In this document: in pieces, positions 1 through 17,092 of the stretch
How the letters are laid out: every line of letters begins with the position of its first letter
How positions within the stretch are numbered: position 1 is the first letter of the stretch
Source: Escherichia coli
Lineage (GTDB): Bacteria; Pseudomonadota; Gammaproteobacteria; Enterobacterales; Enterobacteriaceae
Assembly (NCBI RefSeq): GCF_016903815.1
Contig: NZ_CP069973.1
Strand: one strand, 5' to 3'
Length of the DNA: 64,000 nt
The notes under the pieces: generated by a model
Told to the model about the DNA's origin: nothing
Databases searched by the model: none
What the model saw: only the letters and a program-made list of their open reading frames with translations
Position numbers and translations under genes: made by a program

Positions 1-577
1 GCCGTTTGAAGGCGATAACGAGAGTCGGCTGGCAGTGCGCCCTTATCCGCATCAGCTGGAAGAATGGGTAGAATTGAAAAACGGTGAACGCTGCTTGTTC
101 CGCCCGATTTTGCCAGAAGATGAGCCACAACTTCAGCAATTCATTTCGCGAGTCACCAAAGAAGATCTTTATTACCGCTACTTTAGCGAGATCAACGAAT
201 TTACCCATGAAGATTTAGCCAACATGACGCAGATCGACTACGATCGGGAAATGGCATTTGTAGCGGTACGACGTATTGATCAAACGGAAGAGATCCTTGG
301 CGTCACGCGTGCGATCTCCGACCCTGATAACATCGATGCCGAATTTGCCGTGCTGGTTCGCTCGGATCTCAAAGGGTTAGGCTTAGGTCGACGCTTAATG
401 GAAAAGTTGATTACCTATACGCGAGATCACGGACTGCAACGTCTGAATGGTATTACGATGCCAAACAATCGTGGCATGGTGGCGCTGGCCCGCAAGCTCG
501 GGTTTAACGTTGATATCCAGCTCGAAGAGGGGATCGTTGGGCTTACGCTAAATCTTGCCCAGCGCGAGGAATCATGA
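1..577 (+). CDS. patZ: protein lysine acetyltransferase, C-terminal GNAT domain (5'-partial, continues upstream of window)
   Basis: Open frame from window edge with no upstream stop; translation recognised as C-terminal acetyltransferase domain of YfiQ/PatZ; followed by pssA as in K-12. Confidence 0.8.
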   Translation, partial: PFEGDNESRLAVRPYPHQLEEWVELKNGERCLFRPILPEDEPQLQQFISRVTKEDLYYRYFSEINEFTHEDLANMTQIDYDREMAFVAVRRIDQTEEILGVTRAISDPDNIDAEFAVLVRSDLKGLGLGRRLMEKLITYTRDHGLQRLNGITMPNNRGMVALARKLGFNVDIQLEEGIVGLTLNLAQREES

Positions 578-690
578 GTAAGGTACTGGAAATGTTGACC
601 ACTTAATCGGGACTGGTGTTATTATTGCCCGCTTATGTCGTCTGCATTGCACAGAGGACCCTTCAATGAACAGAGAAGAAATGCACTGTG

Positions 691-2046
691 ATGTTGTCAA
701 AATTTAAGCGTAATAAACATCAACAACACCTTGCCCAACTACCCAAGATTTCTCAATCAGTTGATGATGTCGATTTCTTTTACGCTCCCGCCGACTTCCG
801 GGAGACGCTGCTGGAAAAAATAGCCAGCGCGAAGCAGCGCATTTGCATTGTCGCCCTGTATCTCGAACAGGATGACGGTGGCAAAGGCATTCTGAACGCG
901 TTGTATGAGGCTAAAAGGCAGCGTCCGGAACTGGATGTGCGGGTGCTGGTCGACTGGCATCGTGCACAACGTGGACGCATTGGCGCTGCGGCATCTAACA
1001 CTAACGCTGACTGGTACTGCCGCATGGCGCAGGAAAATCCGGGCGTAGATGTTCCGGTTTATGGCGTTCCAATCAATACCCGTGAAGCCCTTGGTGTTCT
1101 GCACTTTAAAGGCTTTATCATCGACGATAGCGTACTTTATAGCGGTGCCAGCCTGAACGATGTTTACCTGCATCAGCACGATAAATATCGCTACGACCGT
1201 TATCATCTTATCCGTAACCGTAAGATGTCAGACATTATGTTTGAATGGGTTACACAGAATATTATGAATGGCCGCGGCGTTAATCGTCTGGATGATGTTA
1301 ATCGGCCAAAAAGCCCGGAAATCAAGAACGATATTCGTCTGTTCCGCCAGGAGCTGCGTGATGCCGCTTATCATTTCCAGGGCGATGCCGACAACGATCA
1401 GCTTTCCGTAACGCCGTTGGTAGGTCTGGGGAAATCGAGTCTGTTGAACAAGACCATTTTCCATCTTATGCCTTGTGCCGAGCAGAAACTAACCATCTGC
1501 ACACCTTACTTCAACCTGCCAGCAATCCTTGTGCGCAATATTATCCAGTTGCTGCGCGAAGGGAAAAAGGTCGAAATTATTGTTGGTGATAAAACCGCGA
1601 ATGACTTCTACATTCCGGAAGATGAACCTTTCAAGATAATTGGCGCATTGCCTTATCTCTATGAGATCAATCTGCGTCGTTTCCTGAGCCGTTTGCAGTA
1701 TTACGTCAACACTGACCAGTTAGTGGTTCGGTTATGGAAAGATGACGACAACACCTATCACCTGAAAGGGATGTGGGTTGATGATAAGTGGATGTTGATC
1801 ACTGGTAATAACCTGAACCCGCGCGCCTGGCGTCTGGATCTGGAAAACGCTATTTTGATCCACGATCCGCAACTGGAGCTTGCGCCACAGCGAGAGAAAG
1901 AACTGGAGCTGATCCGCGAGCATACCACCATCGTTAAGCACTATCGCGACCTGCAAAGTATTGCCGATTATCCGGTGAAGGTTCGTAAACTCATCCGTCG
2001 TTTGCGCCGTATCCGCATCGACCGATTAATTAGCCGCATCCTGTAA
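691..2046 (+). CDS. pssA: phosphatidylserine synthase
   Basis: 451-aa product starting MLSKFKRNKHQQ from the ATG at 691 (track ORF begins 3 nt earlier at GTG); recognised PssA sequence. Confidence 0.9.
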   Translation: MLSKFKRNKHQQHLAQLPKISQSVDDVDFFYAPADFRETLLEKIASAKQRICIVALYLEQDDGGKGILNALYEAKRQRPELDVRVLVDWHRAQRGRIGAAASNTNADWYCRMAQENPGVDVPVYGVPINTREALGVLHFKGFIIDDSVLYSGASLNDVYLHQHDKYRYDRYHLIRNRKMSDIMFEWVTQNIMNGRGVNRLDDVNRPKSPEIKNDIRLFRQELRDAAYHFQGDADNDQLSVTPLVGLGKSSLLNKTIFHLMPCAEQKLTICTPYFNLPAILVRNIIQLLREGKKVEIIVGDKTANDFYIPEDEPFKIIGALPYLYEINLRRFLSRLQYYVNTDQLVVRLWKDDDNTYHLKGMWVDDKWMLITGNNLNPRAWRLDLENAILIHDPQLELAPQREKELELIREHTTIVKHYRDLQSIADYPVKVRKLIRRLRRIRIDRLISRIL

Positions 2047-2051
2047 TCACA

Positions 2052-2079
2052 ACCCCGTCCTGTACGGGGTTTGTTTTTT
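2052..2079 (+). terminator. rho-independent terminator after pssA
   Basis: Inverted repeat ACCCCGT/ACGGGGT followed by a T-run. Confidence 0.6.
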
Positions 2080-2091
2080 GGAGGCCACGTT

Positions 2092-2415
2092 TTGCGTATT
2101 CTTTTTGTCTGTTCGCTATTATTACTTTCTGGATGCAGCCATATGGCTAACGATAGCTGGAGCGGGCAGGATAAAGCTCAACACTTTATCGCCTCGGCGA
2201 TGCTTTCCGCCGCCGGAAATGAATATGCACAGCATCAGGGGATGAGTCGCGATCGCAGTGCCACTTTCGGGCTGATGTTCTCTGTTGGGCTGGGGGCGTC
2301 AAAAGAACTTTGGGATAGCCGCCCCGAGGGGAGCGGCTGGAGCTGGAAAGATTTTACCTGGGATGTCGCCGGTGCAACTACTGGCTATACCGTCTGGCAA
2401 CTGACCCGTCACTAA
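2092..2415 (+). CDS. yfiM: small lipoprotein YfiM
   Basis: Signal peptide with lipobox LLSGC; GGAGG 8 nt upstream of a TTG start; the track ORF start at 2071 lies inside the pssA terminator T-run, so the shorter start is preferred. Confidence 0.7.
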
Positions 2416-3710
2416 AGACGCATCCCCTTCCCTTTGCGATGTAGCATCAAAGAAACCAGAAACGCCACCACGGCCATCAAGGTCACATACCAGAAGAAGG
2501 CTGTTTCCATTCCTATTGATTTCAGCGACAACGCTACGTACTCCGCCGAACCACCAAATATAGCATTGGCGACCGCATATGACAGACCAACACCTAATGC
2601 ACGAACCTGTGCCGGGAACATCTCAGCCTTCAGTATTCCACTGATTGAAGTATAAAAACTCACGATCAGCAGGGCACACATCACCAGACCAAAAGCGGCA
2701 TAAGGCGAGGAAACGTTTTGCAATGCTGAGAGAATAGGAACGGTAAAAATGGCTGCCAGAGAACCGAAACATAACATTGAGGTACGACGACCAATCTTAT
2801 CCGACAGCGCGCCAATGAGTGGTTGAATAAGCATGAATACAAACAATGCGGCAGTCATAATGCCACTCGCCACGTTGGCATGCATTCCCGCAGTATTTAC
2901 CAGATACTTCTGCATATAAGTGGTGAAGGTATAGAAACAAAGGGAGCCCGCAGCGGTAAAACCGAGAACCATGATGAATGCACGGCGATTGCGCCATAAT
3001 CCTTTCAGAGATCCAGCTTCTTTTAAAGCGCGTGTTTCTTGTTGTGAAGTTTCATCTAACTGACGACGTAACCACAACGCCACAACAGCTAACACAGCTC
3101 CTAACGCGAAAGGAATACGCCATCCCCACTCTCTGAGTGCAGCGTCTTCCATGGTGTGTTGTAAAACCACGACAACCAGTAGAGCTAGCAGTTGCCCGCC
3201 GATCAACGTCACATACTGAAATGATGCGTAAAAACCTTTGCGCCCTTCAACGGCAACTTCACTCATATAGGTGGCGCTGGTGCCATATTCTCCGCCAACG
3301 GATAATCCCTGGAATAAACGAGCAAGAAGCAATAATGCCGGAGCCCAGGTACCGATTGTTTCGTAGCCTGGCAAACAGGCGATAACCAGTGAGCCGAAAC
3401 ACATCATACACACCGATAACAGCATCGATTTTTTGCGACCATGTTTATCGGCTATGCGGCCAAATAGCCAACCGCCTATTGGGCGCATCAGAAATCCCGC
3501 AGCAAAAACACCTGCTGTTTGCAGTAGTTGAGTCGTCGTGTTCCCGGAAGGGAAGAAGATGTGAGCGAAGTAGAGTGAACAGAACGAGTAGACATAGAAA
3601 TCGAACCACTCGACCAGATTACCTGAAGAGGCCCCCACAATTGCCCAAATGCGGCGACGAGTATCACTACTTGTCAGTTTGCTGTCTGCCGTTACAGTAC
3701 TTTCAGCCAT
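2412..3710 (-). CDS. kgtP: alpha-ketoglutarate permease (MFS transporter)
   Basis: 432-aa product starting [11 protein letters not shown]; track ORF extends 34 codons further upstream, probably non-coding. Confidence 0.9.
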
Positions 3711-3985
3711 GCCATTATGTCTCCTGCCGTAATCCGATGCTTTTGTCGGTCGCTTTTGTTTATTTCTTTTGGTAAAGAAAATGTTATACATTTGTTGCAT
3801 ATCATCATGCAACCTTAACCACGAATTTAGTTAGCAGGAAAATGGTTATTGAGGAGCTTAAGGATAAATTTCTGGTAAGGAGGACACGTATGGAGGTGGG
3901 CAAGTTGGGGAAGCCGTATTCGCTGGCGTATGTGGAGGAATAAGCTGCCCCCTATCGTGCCTGCGTAAGCTAGATAAGACGCGCC

Positions 3986-4741
<756 letters not shown>

Positions 4742-4845
4742 ATCAGCATACTTGTCCTTAGCCTTCTGCAGTGACAGCTGGTAGTACAGCGTGCTTCTGG
4801 CCAGCCCTGCAGCCTTTAACAGATCAGACTGGCAGTGTCCGCACC

Positions 4846-5376
4846 TCAGGCTCCGGATGACTTTCGTTTTTTCTCCAGCTCCTGGCGCTTTTTTTCCAGG
4901 AGATGCTCCTGCATGGCTTTCAGATATGCATTTTCTGCGCGAAGATAACGCAGCTCATTCTTCATCTCTTCCGGCGTCATGTTTGCCTCGTTTTCATGGG
5001 TATCATCAGAACGGGTCATGCATTTCTCCTTCCTGCGCCTGATAAAGGCCTCATTACCAGATTTGCGGTAGCCTTTTATCCAGTTTTTAACCGTGTTGTG
5101 GCTGGGAATGTTAAACCGGGCAGCTACCCGGGGTAGAGACTCAGAATGCCCGAGAGCATAAAGAACCACGCAAAGTTTATCTTCAGGAGAATAGCTACGC
5201 CTGTGTCTGCAATCCAGTGCCCGAGGACCGTGAAGAAGAAAAAGATTAATCCAGTGTGAGAGGCTGGTGTGAGAAAGTTGAAAGAGTTTTGCCGTAGAAA
5301 TGATGCCTGCATGACCAGCCAGGTAATGATTTACAGCGGCAAGTTTTACTTCAAATGAATGTTTCATAAACTGCAC
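4846..5376 (-). CDS. IS3-family transposase orfA (HTH DNA-binding part, leucine-zipper-like C-terminus)
   Basis: ORF inside the IS; 3' end carries A AAA AAC slippery heptamer (about 4868..4875) typical of IS3-family frameshifting. Confidence 0.8.
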   Translation of the reverse strand: MQFMKHSFEVKLAAVNHYLAGHAGIISTAKLFQLSHTSLSHWINLFLLHGPRALDCRHRRSYSPEDKLCVVLYALGHSESLPRVAARFNIPSHNTVKNWIKGYRKSGNEAFIRRRKEKCMTRSDDTHENEANMTPEEMKNELRYLRAENAYLKAMQEHLLEKKRQELEKKRKSSGA

Positions 5377-5449
5377 CTTCAGATGTCAGATTATGTCCAA
5401 CATTTGGGGTGCAGTTCAGCCAGCGTCGCATCCGGCATTTTTTTCACCA

Positions 5450-5482
5450 ACGCAAAAAGGCCATCCTGACGGATGGCCTTTC
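5450..5482 (-). terminator. rrn operon terminator
   Basis: Minus-strand hairpin AAGGCCATCC-GTCA-GGATGGCCTT followed by T-rich tract, immediately after the 5S gene. Confidence 0.6.
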
Positions 5483-5492
5483 GCTTAATTTG

Positions 5493-5612
5493 ATGCCTGG
5501 CAGTTCCCTACTCTCGCATGGGGAGACCCCACACTACCATCGGCGCTACGGCGTTTCACTTCTGAGTTCGGCATGGGGTCAGGTGGGACCACCGCGCTAA
5601 GGCCGCCAGGCA
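5493..5612 (-). rRNA. rrfG: 5S ribosomal RNA
   Basis: 120-nt reverse-complement match to the enterobacterial 5S rRNA sequence; operon identity (rrnG) inferred from kgtP/clpB synteny. Confidence 0.95.
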
Positions 5613-5704
5613 AATTCTGTTTCATCAGACCGCTTCTGCGTTCTGATTTAATCTGTATCAGGCTGAAAATCTTCTCTCATCCGCCAAAACATCTTCGGCG
5701 TTGT

Positions 5705-8609
<2,905 letters not shown>

Positions 8610-8802
8610 TCACAACCCGAAGATGTTTCTTTCGATTCATCATCGTGTTGCGAAAATTTGAGAGACTCACGAACAACTTTCGTTGTTCAGTGTTTCAATT
8701 TTCAGCTTGATCCAGATTTTTAAAGAGCAAATATCTCAAACGTCACCCGAAGATGAGTTTTGAGATATTAAGGCAGGTGACTTTCACTCACAAACCAGCA
8801 AG

Positions 8803-8878
8803 TGGCGTCCCCTAGGGGATTCGAACCCCTGTTACCGCCGTGAAAGGGCGGTGTCCTGGGCCTCTAGACGAAGGGGAC
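8803..8878 (-). tRNA. gltW: tRNA-Glu (UUC) in 16S-23S spacer
   Basis: Reverse complement of GTCCCCTTCGTCTAGAGGCCCAGGACACCGCCCTTTCACGGCGGTAACAGGGGTTCGAATCCCCTAGGGGACGCCA. Confidence 0.95.
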
Positions 8879-8963
8879 GTATCAGTCTGCTTCGCAAGAC
8901 GCCTTGCTTTTCACTTTCTATCAGACAATCTGTGTGAGCACTGCAAAGCACAGTTCTTTAAGG

Positions 8964-10505
<1,542 letters not shown>

Positions 10506-10686
10506 AAAAGTTTGATGCTCAAAGAATTAAACTTCGTAATGAATTACGTGTTCACTCTTGAGACTTGGTATTCATTTTTCGTCTTGCGACGTTAAGAATC
10601 CGTATCTTCGAGTGCCCACACAGATTGTCTGATAAATTGTTAAAGAGCAGTGCCGCTTCGCTTTTTCTCAGCGGCGCGGGGTGTGC

Positions 10687-10714
10687 ATAATACGCTTCCC
10701 CGCTACAGAGTCAA
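10687..10714 (-). promoter_or_regulatory. rrn P2 promoter
   Basis: Minus strand -35 TTGACT, 16-nt spacer, -10 TATTAT. Confidence 0.6.
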
Positions 10715-10804
10715 GCATTTTTTTGCTTTTCTCTGTTGAGATTCTCAGGAGAACCTCGCTGACCCGGCGGCGTGCTTGCCGTTGTTCCGTGTCAGTGGTG
10801 GCGC

Positions 10805-10832
10805 ATTATAGGGAGTTATTCCGGCCTGACAA
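10805..10832 (-). promoter_or_regulatory. rrn P1 promoter, with A+T-rich UP/Fis region further upstream (about 10833..10920)
   Basis: Minus strand -35 TTGTCA, 16-nt spacer, -10 TATAAT followed by GC-rich discriminator (GCGCCACC). Confidence 0.7.
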
Positions 10833-10947
10833 GCGAAAAATATAAAAACTTTATCGTTCGCTCATTTTTCAGGCAAAACATCTTAAATATAGTCTTTTCC
10901 GTCTAACTTATAGACAAAAACGAGCCCCGAAGGGCTCGTTTTATCAT

Positions 10948-13521
10948 TTACTGGACGGCGACAATCCGGTCTTCATTAACTTCCAGGCGAATCACTTTAC
11001 CCGGAACCAATTCACCAGACAGTATTTGCTGTGCCAGCGGGTTTTCAATCTGCTGCTGAATTGCACGTTTCAGAGGACGTGCGCCATAGACCGGATCGTA
11101 ACCGTTCTCGCTCAGCAGTTTCAGCGCCTCGTCAGAAATGTGGATTTCATAACCACGTTCTTCCAGACGTTTATACAGACGTTTCAACTGAATCTGCGCA
11201 ATCGACGCAATGTGCTGTTCACCCAGCGGATGGAAGACCACCACTTCATCGATACGGTTAATGAATTCCGGACGGAAGTTATGGCTAACCACACCGAGCA
11301 CCAGCTCTTTCATGTGCGCATAATCCAGTTCACCGAAGCGTTCCTGAATCAGATCGGAACCGAGGTTAGAGGTCATAATGACGACCGTATTACGGAAGTC
11401 GACCGTTCTCCCCTGCCCGTCAGTCAGACGCCCATCATCCAGTACCTGCAACAGAATGTTGAAGACATCCGGATGCGCTTTTTCCACTTCATCCAGCAGG
11501 ATAACGGAATACGGACGACGACGCACAGCTTCGGTCAGGTAGCCACCTTCTTCATAACCAACATATCCCGGAGGCGCACCAACCAGACGAGACACCGAAT
11601 GTTTCTCCATAAACTCGGACATATCGATACGGACCATCGCCTCGTCGCTATCAAACATAAAGTTCGCCAGCGCCTTACAAAGCTCAGTTTTCCCCACACC
11701 CGTTGGGCCGAGGAACAGGAATGAACCAATCGGGCGATTTGGATCCGCCAGCCCCGCACGGCTACGACGAATAGCGTTAGATACCGCATCAACCGCTTCG
11801 TTCTGACCAATAACGCGATGGTGCAGCTCTTGCTCCATACGCAGCAGTTTTTCGCGCTCGCTTTCCATCATGCGAGAAACCGGAATCCCCGTCCAACGCG
11901 CCAGCACTTCAGCAATTTCGGCGTCGGTCACTTTATTACGCAACAGACGCATAGTTTTGCCTTCGAGCTGCGTTGCGGCTTCCAGTTGCTTTTCCAGTTC
12001 CGGGATTTTGCCGTATTGCAGTTCAGACATCCGCGCCAGGTCACCCACACGGCGAGCCTGTTCAATAGCGATTTTCGCCTGTTCCAGTTCCGCTTTAATG
12101 GTCTGTGTACCAGAAAGCGATGCTTTCTCTGCTTTCCACTCTTCTTCTAACTCGGAGTACTGACGTTCTTTGTCGCTCAGTTCTTCGTTGAGCATATCCA
12201 GGCGTTTTTTACTGGCTTCATCAGACTCTTTCATTAACGCCTGTTGTTCCAGTTTGAGCTGGATAATACGACGATCGAGTCGGTCGAGTTCTTCTGGTTT
12301 TGAGTCAATCTGCATACGAATGCTGGATGCTGCTTCATCGATCAGGTCGATGGCTTTATCCGGCAGCTGACGGTCAGCAATGTAGCGATGAGACAACGTC
12401 GCCGCTGCAACAATTGCCGGGTCAGTAATTTGCACATGGTGGTGCAGTTCGTAACGTTCTTTTAAGCCACGCAGAATAGCAATGGTGTCTTCAACAGAAG
12501 GCTCGGCAACAAACACTTTCTGGAAACGACGTTCCAGCGCAGCATCTTTTTCGATGTACTGGCGATATTCGTCAAGCGTCGTGGCACCTACGCAGTGCAA
12601 TTCACCACGCGCCAGCGCCGGTTTCAGCATGTTTCCGGCGTCCATTGCGCCATCGGCTTTACCCGCGCCGACCATGGTATGTAATTCGTCGATAAACAGG
12701 ATGACGTTGCCTTCCTGTTTGGCAAGATCGTTAAGCACGCCTTTTAAACGTTCTTCAAACTCACCGCGATATTTCGCCCCAGCCACCAGCGCGCCCATAT
12801 CCAGCGCCAGTACGCGGCGGCCTTTCAACCCTTCCGGCACTTCGCCGTTGATAATACGCTGCGCCAGACCTTCAACGATGGCAGTTTTACCGACGCCGGG
12901 TTCACCAATCAGTACTGGGTTATTTTTAGTACGACGTTGCAGCACCTGAATGGTACGGCGAATTTCTTCATCACGACCAATCACCGGATCGAGTTTGCCC
13001 TGTTCGGCTCGTTCGGTAAGGTCGATGGTATATTTTTTCAAAGCCTGACGTTGGTCTTCAGCACCTTGATCGTTCACGCTTTCACCTCCACGCATTTGTT
13101 CAATCGCTTGAGTAATGTTGGCGGTGGTCGCCCCTGCTGCTTTCAGGATGTCGGCCAGCGTGCCGCGAGACTCAAGTGCCGCCAGAACGAACAGTTCTGA
13201 CGAGATAAAGTTATCACCACGTTTTTGCGCCAGCTTGTCGCAAAGATTAAGAACGCGCACCAGATCCTGTGATGGCTGGACATCACCACCAGTACCTTCA
13301 ACCTGCGGTAAACGATTTAATGCCTGATTGATATCTGTGCGCAACTGGCCAGCATTTATGCCAGCGGATGTTAATAAAGGACTAACCGAACCCCCTTCCT
13401 GATTCAGCAGGGCGCTCATTAAATGAAGTGGTTCGATAAATTGGTTGTCGTGCCCGAGTGCAAGTGATTGGGCATCGGCAAGAGCAAGCTGGAATTTATT
13501 AGTAAGACGATCCAGACGCAT
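10948..13521 (-). CDS. clpB: ATP-dependent disaggregase chaperone ClpB
   Basis: 857-aa product starting [11 protein letters not shown]; two AAA+ modules with Walker A motifs ([16 protein letters not shown]). Confidence 0.95.
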
Positions 13522-13560
13522 AACTCCTCCCATAACGGATCAAAGTTGCTACTGGAGATT

Positions 13561-13588
13561 AAATGAGGTCATCCCTCAATTATTCAAG
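13561..13588 (-). promoter_or_regulatory. candidate sigma-32 heat-shock promoter of clpB
   Basis: Minus strand CTTGAA, 14 nt, CCTCATTT upstream of clpB start. Confidence 0.5.
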
Positions 13589-13650
13589 GTTATTGACCAG
13601 ATTAATGTGAAAAGAAAATCACGCGTACCGGATCGTCTTGATTCTTTAGG

Positions 13651-14382
13651 TTATATCAGCCAAATGAAACTTGCCATACGACCAGTGGTCTTGTCGCGAC
13701 GATAAGAGAAGAAAGTCTCATTTTCCGTATATGTACAACGGTTGCCGCCGAAAATTTGTTCGACACCGACGTTCGCCAGACGCTGCCGGGCAAGGAGATA
13801 AATATCCGCCAGATACTTATCACCATGCTGAATGAAAGCTGTACTCGCTTTGGCGTCTACTGCCATAAACGCCTCGCGAACCTCCGCCCCCACTTCAAAC
13901 GCGCGTGGACCAATTGCCGGCCCTAACCAGGCGAGAATATTTTCCGGATTATCAGCAAAACAGGAAACCGTCTCTTCCAGCACGCCTGCGCACAGTCCAC
14001 GCCAGCCAGCATGAGCGGCGGCGACTTCCGTTCCCGCTCGATTGCAAAACAGCACGGGGAGGCAGTCGGCAGTCATCACTGCGCAAACCGTGCCCGGCGT
14101 GTTGCTATAAGAGGCATCTGCTCGTTTTGAGGCATAAGGTTCGCCAGTAAGCTTAAGCACATCTTTGCCGTGTACCTGCTCAAGCCAGACCGGTTTTGAA
14201 GGCAAATGGCCCGCAGCAAAAAGTCGCTTGCGATTCTCCTCAACGTGATCCGGGTTATCGCCACAATGGGCACCGAGGTTGAGCGAGTCATACGGGGGCA
14301 AGCTCACGCCGCCGATACGAGTGGAGCTACAGGCCGCAACACCTTTTGGCAGCGGCCACTGCGGGACAATCAGCTTACTCAT
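13651..14382 (-). CDS. yfiH: purine nucleoside phosphorylase / laccase-domain protein YfiH (PgeF)
   Basis: 243-aa ORF, recognised YfiH-family sequence, overlaps rluD stop as in K-12. Confidence 0.85.
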   Translation of the reverse strand: MSKLIVPQWPLPKGVAACSSTRIGGVSLPPYDSLNLGAHCGDNPDHVEENRKRLFAAGHLPSKPVWLEQVHGKDVLKLTGEPYASKRADASYSNTPGTVCAVMTADCLPVLFCNRAGTEVAAAHAGWRGLCAGVLEETVSCFADNPENILAWLGPAIGPRAFEVGAEVREAFMAVDAKASTAFIQHGDKYLADIYLLARQRLANVGVEQIFGGNRCTYTENETFFSYRRDKTTGRMASFIWLI

Positions 14383-15359
14383 AACCAGTCCACTTCATCC
14401 TTATGCTCTTCGAAATCGGCGCGCATCACCTCAATCAGCTCCACCATATCTTGTGGAATAGGCGCATGCCATTCCATTTCGATGCCGGAGATCGGGTGAT
14501 AAAGACGCAGCATGGTTGCATGAAGCGCCTGGCGGTCAAACTTACGCAGCGTGGAGATAAACGCTTCCGAAGCACCTTTTGGCGGACGCGGACGGCCACC
14601 ATAAACCGGATCGCCCACCAGCGGATGAGTGATATGGGCCATATGCACGCGGATCTGGTGCGTACGTCCGGTTTCCAGACGCAACCGCAGACGCGTGTGC
14701 ACACGGAAGTGTTCCATGATGCGATAGTGAGTGACCGCCGGTTTACCCATCGGATGCACCGCCATGTGAGTACGTTTGGTCGGGTGGCGGCTGATTGGTT
14801 CATCTACTGTACCGCCAGCGGTCATATGACCAATTGCCACCGCTTCATACTCACGAGTAATTTCACGCCGTTGCAAAGATTCGACTAAACGCGTCTGAGC
14901 CGGAACGGTTTTTGCCACAACCATCAGGCCGGTGGTGTCTTTATCCAGACGATGGACGATGCCCGCACGCGGTACATCGGCAATGGGCGGATAGTAATGA
15001 AGCAACGCATTCAATACCGTACCATCCGGGTTACCCGCGCCAGGATGTACCACCAGGTCGCGTGGTTTATTAATGACGATGATATCTTCATCTTCATAGA
15101 CGATATCCAGCGGGATATCCTGCGGTTCAAAACGCGCTTCTTCTTCAATCTCAGCGTTGATGGCCACCTGCTCGCCACCCAATACTTTTTCTTTCGGCTT
15201 ATCACAAACTTTGCCGTTAACCAGCACGCGCTGGTCGAGGATCCATTCTTTTATTCGCGAACGTGAATAATCCGGGAACATTTCGGCCAAAGCCTGATCT
15301 AAGCGTTGACCGAGTTGGTTTTCGGACACCGTTGCAGTGAGCTGTACTCGTTGTGCCAT
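14379..15359 (-). CDS. rluD: 23S rRNA pseudouridine synthase D
   Basis: 326-aa product with S4 domain and RluA-family catalytic core (HRLDKDTTGLM). Confidence 0.9.
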   Translation of the reverse strand: MAQRVQLTATVSENQLGQRLDQALAEMFPDYSRSRIKEWILDQRVLVNGKVCDKPKEKVLGGEQVAINAEIEEEARFEPQDIPLDIVYEDEDIIVINKPRDLVVHPGAGNPDGTVLNALLHYYPPIADVPRAGIVHRLDKDTTGLMVVAKTVPAQTRLVESLQRREITREYEAVAIGHMTAGGTVDEPISRHPTKRTHMAVHPMGKPAVTHYRIMEHFRVHTRLRLRLETGRTHQIRVHMAHITHPLVGDPVYGGRPRPPKGASEAFISTLRKFDRQALHATMLRLYHPISGIEMEWHAPIPQDMVELIEVMRADFEEHKDEVDWL

Positions 15360-15493
15360 ATATACTGCTTCTTCGTTTATCGTTGGGGTTTTACGGCTTT
15401 GCCGTTTAATATAGTGTGCTATTGTAGCTGGTCTTAACCGGGAGCAGGAACAGAGAATCTCCCGTATTACATTTTGAGGAAAGTCAAAACGTC

Positions 15494-16231
15494 ATGACGC
15501 GCATGAAATATCTGGTGGCAGCCGCCACACTAAGCCTGTTTTTGGCGGGTTGCTCGGGGTCAAAGGAAGAAGTACCTGATAATCCGCCAAATGAAATTTA
15601 CGCGACTGCACAACAAAAGCTGCAGGACGGTAACTGGAGACAGGCAATAACGCAACTGGAAGCGTTAGATAATCGCTATCCGTTTGGTCCATATTCGCAG
15701 CAGGTGCAGCTGGATCTCATCTACGCCTACTATAAAAACGCCGATTTGCCGTTAGCGCAGGCTGCCATCGATCGTTTTATTCGCCTTAACCCGACCCATC
15801 CGAATATCGATTATGTCATGTACATGCGTGGCCTGACCAATATGGCGCTGGATGACAGTGCGCTGCAAGGGTTCTTTGGCGTTGACCGTAGCGATCGCGA
15901 TCCTCAACATGCTCGAGCTGCGTTTAGTGACTTTTCCAAACTGGTGCGCGGCTATCCGAACAGTCAGTACACCACCGATGCCACCAAACGTCTGGTATTC
16001 CTGAAAGATCGTCTGGCGAAATATGAATACTCCGTGGCCAAGTACTATACAGAACGTGGCGCATGGGTTGCCGTCGTTAACCGCGTAGAAGGCATGTTGC
16101 GCGACTACCCGGATACCCAGGCTACGCGTGATGCGCTGCCGCTAATGGAAAATGCATACCGTCAGATGCAGATGAATGCGCAAGCTGAAAAAGTAGCGAA
16201 AATCATCGCCGCAAACAGCAGCAATACATAA
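15494..16231 (+). CDS. bamD: outer membrane protein assembly factor BamD (lipoprotein, TPR)
   Basis: 245-aa product with lipobox LAGCSG; recognised BamD/YfiO sequence. Confidence 0.9.
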   Translation: MTRMKYLVAAATLSLFLAGCSGSKEEVPDNPPNEIYATAQQKLQDGNWRQAITQLEALDNRYPFGPYSQQVQLDLIYAYYKNADLPLAQAAIDRFIRLNPTHPNIDYVMYMRGLTNMALDDSALQGFFGVDRSDRDPQHARAAFSDFSKLVRGYPNSQYTTDATKRLVFLKDRLAKYEYSVAKYYTERGAWVAVVNRVEGMLRDYPDTQATRDALPLMENAYRQMQMNAQAEKVAKIIAANSSNT

Positions 16232-16246
16232 CAGAAATCTGAAACA

Positions 16247-16276
16247 CAAAACGGCAGCCCTTGAGCTGCCGTTTTT
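16247..16276 (+). terminator. rho-independent terminator after bamD
   Basis: Hairpin ACGGCAGC…GCTGCCGT followed by T7. Confidence 0.55.
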
Positions 16277-16447
16277 TTATTCTGTTAGTTGTGAAACTGA
16301 AGCGATTTAGTCACTATCGATCTCATCAAATATGGCTCGCTTTGAGATATTCCTCAAGTAAAAAAACACCTCTTCCTGCGATTTCTCACAAAAAAACTTC
16401 GTTGACAAAAAGTGACAAAATTATGAGATTTCCATCACACATTTTGA

Positions 16448-16843
<396 letters not shown>

Positions 16844-16866
16844 TCCTTTATATTGAGTGTATCGCC

Positions 16867-16890
16867 AACGCGCCTTCGGGCGCGTTTTTT
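16867..16890 (+). terminator. rho-independent terminator after raiA
   Basis: AACGCGCC-TTCG-GGCGCGTT followed by T6. Confidence 0.65.
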
Positions 16891-16946
16891 GTTGACAGCG
16901 TGAAAACAGTACGGGTACTGTACTGAAGTCACTTAAGGAAACAAAC

Positions 16947-16994
16947 ATGAAACACACACCGTTTTTCTTCGCATTCTTTTTTACCTTCCCCTGA
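16947..16994 (+). CDS. pheL: pheA leader peptide (Phe-rich, MKHTPFFFAFFFTFP)
   Basis: 15-codon ORF with 7 Phe codons followed by terminator hairpin; classic attenuation layout. Confidence 0.85.
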   Translation: MKHTPFFFAFFFTFP

Positions 16995-17040
16995 ATGGGA
17001 GGCGTTTCGTCGTGTGAAACAGAATGCGAAGACGAACAAT

Positions 17041-17070
17041 AAGGCCTCCCAAATCGGGGGGCCTTTTTTA
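17041..17070 (+). terminator. pheA attenuator terminator
   Basis: GC-rich hairpin (AGGCCTCCC…GGGGGGCCT) followed by T6 between pheL and pheA. Confidence 0.7.
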
Positions 17071-17092
17071 TTGATAACAAAAAGGCAACACT

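Noticed and set aside
11026-13327. ORFs of 66-232 aa antisense to clpB (for example 11026..11724, 12482..12949)
   Set aside because: Entirely antisense to a well-supported conserved gene; low-complexity Ser/Arg-rich translations typical of antisense frames in GC-rich coding DNA.
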